From Octopus sinensis (taxonomy: Eukaryota): a stretch of DNA of 64,000 nt. Positions 54,241-64,000 of the stretch are shown piece by piece. Positions within the stretch are counted from its first letter, which is position 1; the number at the start of each line of letters is the position of its first letter. A program made the position numbers and the translations under genes. The stretch lies in assembly GCF_006345805.1 (NCBI RefSeq), contig NW_021836311.1, positions 1 through 64,000 of the forward strand. The letters are read 5' to 3'. The notes under the pieces are model-generated. The model had not been told where the DNA came from and searched no databases. It was given only the letters and a program-made list of their open reading frames with translations.

Positions 54241-55716
54241 GGTTAAATATATATCTCAAATGTGTCTACAGATCTCCTAAGTCTATGCTGTTCATATGCA
54301 GAATGTGGCTTTCTAATCCAACTTACCCTTACCCTTTCGTCTAACCATATGCTTCTTTTTGCTCGGTATCCAATAAGACGGGTAGTGTTTGAATAACCGA
54401 GCATTACTTGAGGCAGTTGCAGTGTATATATTTAGCGCTTTTTAAAATAAAGAAAAGAAAGAAATATATATATATATATATAATGAAATCTTTGGAAATA
54501 GTTTTGTTTTATTTTTATTTAATACCCTTTCAAATACCAATTATATATTTGTAAGTCTATGTTATAAAACGTTCTAATTATTGTTGCTCTAGAATAAGTT
54601 TGCACTAATTCATTTCCTGCTTTGTGCATGAAGTAATTTTTCTCAATTACGCTCTGTATTTGATTTAAATAAATACAAATCGCTCCGCTACACAATTACG
54701 TTCACTCTAATCGAAAAATTCCATTGTATTCTGTATTGTGCGTGAATATAGCAAAGCTGAAACATATATTTAAGGAATGAAAGGATGTATTTTTATAAAT
54801 CACATTATTAGATATGCGTGTGGAAATTTTCGGAGCCTTACAAGTATTCCTATGAATCAGTTCATTATTGTTGATGTTGTTGTTTCATCCTAGATCAGTT
54901 TGATGAAGTATATCTATGATAGAACCTGTCAAGCTGTGATGATAATTCCATCATAACTTTTTTTACCCCCCATACACACGATATATCTATGGCTACATTA
55001 TTGAATGTGTCTTCCCGCTCTCAAGTCGATAAGTTTGATTTGAAGAGCATTTGACGTTTAATTCTAGCAAGCCAATCTGTAGCATATATATATTAGAGGC
55101 AGGTAAAGAAATATCTTCATGCAGAGATTTCAAATATGATTGAAATAACGGTGGAGGGGACAAAGCATACACTAACTCTGCTATCTATTTCTCCATCCGT
55201 CTTCATAATCCACTGTCCTTGTGTGGATCCTGAGGGAAGAGTCCTCAGACAAGCCTTCCAAAGGATCACTGTTTCCCCCATTCCAGGCGATACCTACTGA
55301 CGCAAGAGATAGTATGCAAACATCGCATTCATCGTCTAACCCTATGTTTCTTGCAGGTTGGCCTAACCGTAAAAATCTCCTACGATCCCATTATTAATTT
55401 GATGTATCATCATCATCGTCATCATCATTATCATTTGATATCTAAGAAATGCTTGATACATTTCTAAAATAACGATTCCGTACAAGTTTGAATAAGATTA
55501 TGCTTAGATGTGTTCATGTAGCTGAAATAACGTGTAAGTTCATCAGCAATGAGATGAAGCGATCGCTGCCAGTAAAGGATTAGCGATATAAATTCAAAGA
55601 TTTTTACGGTCAGCTTTCTAGGAAGGAAAATATAAACCACCAGATCAGTACAACTGTAATTTCTGCTAACACCACCACCACCACCACCATCACCACCAAC
55701 ACCACCACCGTCCGCG

Positions 55717-55786
<70 letters not shown>

Positions 55787-55944
55787 CACTGCTGTTGTTA
55801 CAGCTGCTGGCGCAATGTTGCACCGCTTAGAAATAAAGTTTTGGCTTTAGACTTAGATCTTAAATCAGATATTTACCTACACACACAGAAAAATAAACAC
55901 GCACACATATGTACATGCATGCCTATGTATACACACAAGGCCTC

Positions 55945-55983
<39 letters not shown>

Positions 55984-57515
55984 TATAAGAAGCGTTGCCA
56001 GAGTATGATTAATGCGCATTTGTATTAATGTATTATAGCGAAGTGTTAAGTGTGAGATGATGAAGAAAAACATTAAAAAAAAATACAAATATTTACTTAA
56101 ATAAGGTATGCAAAAAAGGGGGGTATAAAACGAAGACTGACAGTCAGTGAGGAAGACAAAATAGATAAACAGAAATCTATTAATAGAATAAGTTTGAATT
56201 GATCTTATGTTTAGCCATCTGTATGTGAATGTTTGCGTTATTCATGGTAAATGACTAACTAGGATAACAACTTGTTGTTCAAGCACTACTAAAATTAAAA
56301 CATGGCCGAACTTAACTTCCGGTTTGCGTAAAATGTACTTATTCATAAGAAGATTTTTTTCAGACCGCAAGTCTTGTTTTTAGCGTACAGTGTGAGGTCT
56401 TTAAATGGCAGATAGTATTTTGTGGATAAAATCTGGTATGAACTGGCTTTCGTTTCTTTGCGGTGGTTTATCTTCCTTGTGTGAATTCGCTATTTTAACT
56501 TCTTTCACATCAATTGTTGCAAAAAGATGGTCTTATAATTAGCTGACCATCCAGAAAGCCACTGATTTAAGATATATATGCATATTTGAATGTATGAACG
56601 GGTACATACTGTGTAAAATGATAGCCACCAGCCGAGAGGGACTGTGATTTGATAGACTTCATGATGATTTTAATAATTATTTTAGGTGCCTAGGTATTCG
56701 GGAGCAGACAAAGCCACTCTCTTGGGGATTCTGCACTTGCTCCAGCAGAATATCCAAGACGGGAAAGATACAGAGGAAGACGTGCCCAGACTGGAAATAA
56801 TGTATTTTGTTCAAGAGTACAACACACCGTCCGACACAGGAATCGAACCTGCGCACAGCATTATAATTGTGTGGCCAGATTCTTAATCACAGAGCAACGC
56901 ACATTCAAGATCTCACATGCACCCACACACACACACGTGTGTGTGTGTGTGTGTGTACATGTGGGAACGTGGAGTTTGTAATTTCGTGTGTAAAAATAAG
57001 ACTTTTATTTTCATTTCTAATGACATGAACGAATATTTACTCTATTACCAACATTTTGGATGCCAAAAACGTTTGGTAAAAACATAAAAGTTCTTTTATG
57101 ATTACGTGAATTTGTTTATTTTCCATTTCAGTAAGAAAAAAAAAAGAAATGAAAAAAATTCAACTTCATATTCCATAATAGTGCTACTAAAATATTAATG
57201 ATATATCGATATAAATATATTTTTTTAATGACTAGAGTTTTGGTCAATCAGTCAATATATTATAATATTTATTTATATATTCAATTACTTATTTTTACGA
57301 TGGTTCTCAAGAAATATAGTTAAATGATGTCTAATCGGCAATGAAACTCGCACGAATAATCAATTTGCGTGTGATTATCACCATACACACACACACACAC
57401 ACACCCACCACACCATTTAAACACATATAAATATATATATATTAAATATATATACACACACATTAAATATTATATATAATTATATATAGACACACACATA
57501 ATATATATAATATAT

Positions 57516-57579
<64 letters not shown>

Positions 57580-58147
57580 ATATATTATCATCTATATATA
57601 TATATATATGTATGTATGTATATCTTGCAACTTAGATGCACGTAAATACTGATCGATAAAATAGTACCATGTTCAAATAAATGCTACAATCAATATGATC
57701 GCCTGAAGCTTTAAAGTGTGGTGCCCCAGTATGACCGCACCATAATGACTAAAACCAGCACATAGAATATATATGTGTGTGTGGTGTGTGTGTGTTGAAT
57801 AATTCATAAGGTTGAACTTATTATCCTGTGATAGCGAACGCTTATACTGAGACTTAATATACATTGGAGGTGGGTCGGGCCCCCTCTTAACAAGAAGCAT
57901 ACCAATTTGAACTACAGTGATAAGCGTAGTTGCTTAGCCAATCTGACATACGGGCATTCTCCACATATTAATCACTCATTAATTTATTAAGCTGAATCAA
58001 GTAATGAATATTAATTAATGCACGTATTCACAATAGACCTATGCTGACTCACATTTTTGTCCCTTCTTCACTCGATGATATTGGTGATATTGTTTTCTAT
58101 TTTTCTCTTTGGAAACGTCACATCCCTGCCACTCTCTTACCCTTGCT

Positions 58148-58204
<57 letters not shown>

Positions 58205-58316
58205 ATTTGTTTTTCAAAACTGTTTTTGCTTATTTTAAAATTCCGTATACACATTTGCGACGTTCCGCCACGCAGTTGCTCTCGCAGGCTCTCGCCAACT
58301 CGATGATATGATAGAA

Positions 58317-58497
58317 ACCTATTTCTTTACTACCCACAAGGGGCTAAATAGAGAGTGAACAAACAAGGACAGACAAAGAGATTAAGTCGATTGTATCTAC
58401 CCCAGTGCGTAACTGGTACTTATTTAATCGATCCCGAAAGGATGAAAGGCAAAGTCGACCTCGGTGGAATTTGAACTCAGAAAGTAGCGGCAGACGA
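58317..58497 (-). mobile_element. 5'-truncated SINE group A (A2)
   Basis: Collinear with 34726-34897. Confidence 0.85.
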
Positions 58498-58909
58498 AAA
58501 TGGAAAAACCATTTTTTACAACAGAAAAACAGAGTACAGGACATACTACACAAGGAAAAATCCCCTTCATCAGCTGTCTCTAGTTCGACTCTAGCGCGTT
58601 TCGAAGGCAAGACAGAACACGACTCGTTAAACTAATCCTTCCTGCGAGATGTCCTGTACTCTGTTTTTCTGTTGTAAAAAAATGTTTTTTTCCGTTTTCG
58701 TTTCTCGTTTAGTTCTACGTCTAGTTGTGGTGTCCTGTACTCACGTATATATATTTATATATGCATGTATATATACATGTAGATGTAGGTACGTACATAT
58801 ATGTTTGTATGTATGCATATATTTTATTTATTACACTATTGTTTGACAGCGCCTTCGCGTCGATTCGATTCGATTCATTCGCTTCGTTCCGTTCTCATTC
58901 TCCCAGTAC

Positions 58910-58915
<6 letters not shown>
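58495..58915. mobile_element. Putative PLE terminal-repeat fragment with ~50-bp inverted arms and hammerhead half-motifs
   Basis: 58495-58544 is inverted relative to 58649-58704; the centre reads GAAACGCG...GAGACAGCTGATGAAGGGG on the - strand; ends at (TA)n. Confidence 0.5.
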
Positions 58916-58985
<70 letters not shown>

Positions 58986-58994
58986 TATATAATA

Positions 58995-59425
58995 TGCGGT
59001 GTGTGTGTGTGTGTGTTTGTGTGCCTGTGTTTTTTCCCGCCCACATCGCTTGAAAAATGATGTTGGTGTGTTTACGTCCCCGTAACTTAGCGGTTCGGGA
59101 AAAGAAACCGATAGAATTAGTAGTAGGCTTACAAAGAATTAGTCCTGGGTTCGATTTCCTCGACTAAAGGGGGTACTCCAGCATGGCCGCAGTCAAATGA
59201 CTGAAACATGTAAAAGATTAAAAGAGTAAAAGAATAAGAGGGGCGAAATGCATTGTGGCATTTCGTCCATCTTTATGCTCTAAGTTCAAATTCCGCTGAG
59301 GTCCACTTTGCTTTTCATCCTTTCGGGGTCGAAAAATAAGTACCAGTGAAACACTGGGGTCAATATTTTCGACTTGCACCTTTCCGCAAAATAGACGGCC
59401 CTGTGCCAAAATTTGAAATCTGTAT
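58995..59425 (+). mobile_element. 3' half of SINE B (58995-59235) followed by a 5'-truncated SINE A1 (59239-59425)
   Basis: Collinear with the respective reference copies. Confidence 0.82.
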
Positions 59426-60964
59426 TAATTTCTATGGGAACGGCATGAATGTTACACTTCGTTATCAATATATAAATACATTTTAATGCCAGGAGTTTGG
59501 GTTATTCAGTGAATATATTATATATATCTATTGAATTATTTATATTTTTCCACTAGATTTCTCTTTGTCCAACAAATCACAGAACTTTGTGCCAAGGCAG
59601 AAGTAACACTTTTTTATATATTTCAAGAAGAGGATGATTATGATGATGATGGTGATGATGTTGGTGGTGGCGGCGATGGCGGTTTGGCAGTGGTGTTAAC
59701 GGTGTTAGTGCTGGTGTTGTTGGGGATGATGATAATGATGGTGATGGTGGTGGACGTGGTGATGGTGGTGGCGGTGGTTGTCATAGTGTTTATGATGATG
59801 GTGCCGCTTCTGATAACGAAGATGATGACAACGACGACGTCGACGATTTATTATAATACAGGCCAATGATAAATGAACCTTTGTTATAATGTAAATCAAT
59901 GTAGAAATGGCTTCAGAATGGGCGAGTTCATTGCGAATAGAATTATTGATTATGAATATTCACAGAATAGGTGAGGTCGCCATGTAAAAATCATGCTGTA
60001 CAAAAAACTAAATGAAAAAAAAAAAAATTGTCACATTGAATTCTGGCCCAACATCACAGAAAATCCCTTGGACTGGATGTTGAAATGAACATGAAAGTGA
60101 AAACAAGCCAATAAAAAATATATTAAGATGATATGAAGAACACGTGTTACGTTGTTTATTAGTTATCTGTAGTCGAATTACTGCGGAATATTCTCTTTGA
60201 ACAGGAATTAAATGCTTCGTTTCTCTAGTTAATTTTTTCCACTCTGAGGAATGTGCTTAGAATTATTGTGCATTCTAATTTTAAACTTGGACAAATTTAA
60301 AGTAGTTTGAAAACCACATCGATTTCGCGTGATTCGTGGGAAAAGCCTGCGAATGTCCTGTGTCCTAGGTTCTGAGTAAACCTCGACATGTCAATGAGTG
60401 GACGGTTCACAGGCTATAATTAGCAGGCAAATCTCTTTCTTAATTTATTCTGCATCTTTAGCGAAGATGGGGACATTGAAACATATGCTACTGGGTTCGT
60501 TCCCCTTGCAAGAACATGAGTAGGTCAAAATGAGAATAATTTTCATCCATAGTTTTGTCCCATTAAGGCTCACCTGGGTTCGATTAAGGCCTTAAGAAAT
60601 TCACTACAACCGCATTGAAAAGAAAGGAGAGAAGAAGAGAATCGGAGTGATTGAGATCGGAAGGTAGTGAAGAAAATAATATAAATTGGAATGAATAATA
60701 TGCGAAAAAAGAAAAAGGCAAGAAATGGATTGAGAAAATGGTGCAGAAGAGTAAGTGAGGAAGGTAATGAAAATACAATGAACATAAAGGAAGCTGAAAA
60801 AGAATGAAAAGAAAAACAAGATGTATCGATGAAACGAAGAAAACAAGGCCGATCGATGACAGAACGATGTTGTAAAACAATGATAAAACAATGATAGAAG
60901 AAAAATCTTGGAAGAAGGAAAATAGGTGACAGAAAGAAAAGGAATGAAGAAGAATTCATTCTAA

Positions 60965-61162
60965 TTTTCGCACGAAACCAATAATTCTAACGGAGAGAGG
61001 CAAGTCGATTACATCGACCCCAGTAATTGACTGGTACTTAATTTTATTAGCCCAGTCAGGATGAATGACTAAGTTGCTCACAACGGCAATTTGAGCCCAG
61101 AACCTGAAGAGTTACTGCTATAAGTTTTGTTTGATGTGCGAGCGATTCTGTCAGCCGCCTTA
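60965..61162 (-). mobile_element. Decayed SINE group A1
   Basis: AAGTCGATTACATCGACCCCAGT...GTCAGCCGCCTT. Confidence 0.7.
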
Positions 61163-61672
61163 GAGAAAGAAATGACACTGAAAGACTGTATAATAAAGAA
61201 CACCACACAAGGAAAGATATACGACACAGAAAAAACAAAAAATTAGCTAGATCGAGTAAAAGTTTTTGTCTTAATTAAAACCATTTTTAAAAGGCACATG
61301 TCTCAGACTAAGGTTGAAGGATAATTTTCATGACTCATTTTTATTTACTGAGTCTTTCAGCCACGCCTCGTAGATTAACACACACAACACACGTATACCA
61401 TACATATTATATATATAATATATAATATATATATATATATATATAATATTATACATACATAGATATACATATATATATATATATTATACATACATATATA
61501 TATTATATACATACATATATATATATATATCATACATATATATTATATATATAATACATATATATACATACATATATACTAATCATATACATATATACAT
61601 ATACAATATATACATATATATATATACATATATAGATATACATATATATACATACACTCATATATATATATA

Positions 61673-61713
<41 letters not shown>

Positions 61714-62084
61714 GGGTTGCAACAAAGAAACTTAGAACCCACCAGTAAAAGGCAATGAAGGGCCAGCTGGTGGTGCGCAGTAATGGTAGTGATGGTGGTA
61801 GTGGGGTGGGGCTGATGGTGATGATGGCGGCTTCGAAACAAGGCAACGGATTAAGCCTTACAAAGAGCCAAGATTTAAAATCTACCACCCAGTTTTAAGA
61901 AGAAGTCTTTGAAATGGGGAAAAGAAGAAAGAAAGAAAGAATACATGGCAGTGTATAGAAAAGGAAAGCAGCTAAACTGATAAGAGCGAAAGAAACCGCA
62001 ATAATTTAAGAACGATTATAAAATATGCAAAAAATGAGGAAGTTTTAAATAAAAATATTGCTTTGTAATCTTGTTTTCTTCTTC

Positions 62085-62260
62085 GGCCTCGAGTCGTCCC
62101 TGCGAGAGCAGAGTTTATGTTCAAAGGCATTCCATCCGTGACAATTCCATTATTTTTCCAGACATAGTGGAACCAGGATAATACATTATCCAATATGTCC
62201 TTCAATGGTTTTGAGCGGTTTTAGAAGAATTTTTGCTGGCATTTCTAACACTGTTGAAAA
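62085..62260 (+). repeat. Old unclassified dispersed repeat; weaker copies near 54880-55085 and 15770-15830
   Basis: Shared CCCTG..(C/A)GAGCAGA and TACATTAT..AAT.TGTC.TTC blocks. Confidence 0.4.
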
Positions 62261-62346
62261 ACCACACTTTTCAGGGTTATGGGTGCGGTTTAATAGTACC
62301 ACATGCTAGTCATATGTGTATATGCGTAATGTGTGTTTGTGTGTGT

Positions 62347-62398
<52 letters not shown>

Positions 62399-63022
62399 AT
62401 GTACTGTGATACTTAAATATAAATCACTAGAAGTAAAAAACTAACCGCAAAAAATCAAAATGAAAATTCGAATATATACACATATGCATATATATATATA
62501 CTCATATATACATATGCGTGCGTGCTTGTGTGTGTGTTTGTGTATGTATGTGTGTGTGTGTGTGTATAAAAGTGAGAGAGTGTAGATAAAAATAGCTTCA
62601 ATCGATTGCCAAGTCCACATGCACATTGTTCAGCTTAAAAAGTATCTGATGACGCTATTGTTCCATTAAATATCGTTGGTTTCAAATCTTGAAAAACGAG
62701 TGCACCGTATCTAACTTCCTATGATTTAATAAATATATGACTAATCAACAAAAGCTCGGACGCTATCATACTTGCACCTTGTTGCCTTGTATGCCTTGTT
62801 GTGTTTCAGGAACAATAAAAGTCACATATTTGTTTTATGTGTCAGGTTTACTAAGAACTTTACCTGAAATGAATGGTCAAGCGCCCACTACAGGAACGGA
62901 TTTCTCGTTCGTCAGATTGACGCTAACACTTACATGTATGACCTGTGTCACACACATTATATATCTGTGTGCGTGTACGCGTGTGCGTGTACGCGTGTGC
63001 GTGTATGCGTGTGCGTGTATGC

Positions 63023-63053
<31 letters not shown>

Positions 63054-63122
63054 CGAGCATGCGTAGGCAAGAACATTTTTATAAACAAACATAGAATTGT
63101 CAGGTGGGTGACATATCTTTTA

Positions 63123-63507
63123 TCTTTTATTTGTTTCAGTCTTTAATTGACGGCCATGCTAGGGCACCGCTTTGAAGAATTTTCGTGAAACAAATAAGCC
63201 TCAGTACGAATGTTTTTAAAGCCTTGTACTTATGCTCTCCATCTATTTTGCTAAACTGCCAAGCTATGTGGACATAAATACACCAACATCGGTTGACAAG
63301 CGTTGGTGGGGGAACAAGCACAAACACAGACACACACGTATATATGATATGCTTCTTTCAGTTTCTGTCTATCAAATCCACTCGCAAGGTTTTAGTTGGC
63401 CTGAGGCTATAGTAGAAGATACTTGCTCACGGTGCCACGCAGTGATACTAATTCCGGAACCATGATGTTTGCATTCAAGCTTCTTACCTTAGAGCCACAC
63501 CTGGGCA
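63123..63507 (-). mobile_element. SINE group B
   Basis: Reverse complement is collinear with 36265-36676. Confidence 0.82.
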
Positions 63508-64000
63508 TATATATTTCTAGATATTAAGAAAATCTTGAGCGCAAGAGAATAGCTGTATCAATGGCTTTTACGATGCATCCTTATAGATGGAAAATTGTCT
63601 GTATGAGCACTTTACTCGATTTTCTAAAATCCGTAGTCACAGCAATTCTCCTACGTTCAAGATTTTCTTAAGTTCTAAAGACATATTTATATCATTCTAT
63701 ATATCTTATTTAACTTGGCTATACTGTAGAAAGCTGCGATATTCGCCATTACAAGAACGAATCAGGTAAGCGAAGAAGTATATAAGTTGCATTACAAAAC
63801 ACATCCAATGGAGCCGGTGGAAATCCAGATTTCTACTATTTTGAGCGTTATCAGAAGCAAGTACCCACTAGCAACTGCATACTTAGACAAATTTAGCTCC
63901 AGTGATATAGAAAAAATGATAAACAAATTACTGGTAACGCAAATAACCAGCAGATTTTGAAAATTTCGTTATTAGCAACAGGATTAATTCAAAATCGCAT

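Noticed and set aside
55140-55400. Two adjacent 6-bp hairpins (ATCCAC/GTGGAT, CTGAGG/CCTCAG) in a GC-richer patch
   Set aside because: No ribozyme or ncRNA core could be fitted; probably an old repeat fragment.
63520-64000. Possible decayed LINE coding sequence at the window end
   Set aside because: No endonuclease or RT motif recognisable.

Overview
AT-rich, microsatellite-saturated animal genomic DNA. The repeat families I recognise point to a coleoid cephalopod, most likely Octopus (inference). I cannot support any complete host protein-coding gene, tRNA, rRNA or CRISPR array; the window looks intergenic or intronic, and nearly all ORFs in the track are translations of simple repeats. It contains about 25 copies of tRNA-derived SINEs in three groups (my labels A, B, C), three dead Tc1/mariner derivatives and decayed Penelope-like (PLE) ORF remnants. 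The main result is a set of unrelated small elements carrying minimal type I hammerhead ribozyme (HHR) folds, most lying in or against (TA)n microsatellites. The best example (24645-25683) is a ~363-bp monomer in tandem plus an inverted copy. Its HHR core has the compensatory C3U/G8A change (UUGAAAA) and a palindromic ACGCGU stem III, and the inverted copy stops at the predicted cleavage site. This fits a PLE pseudo-LTR or retrozyme-like element; a long-read assembly artefact must be excluded. All folds were made by eye and coordinates of decayed elements are approximate.
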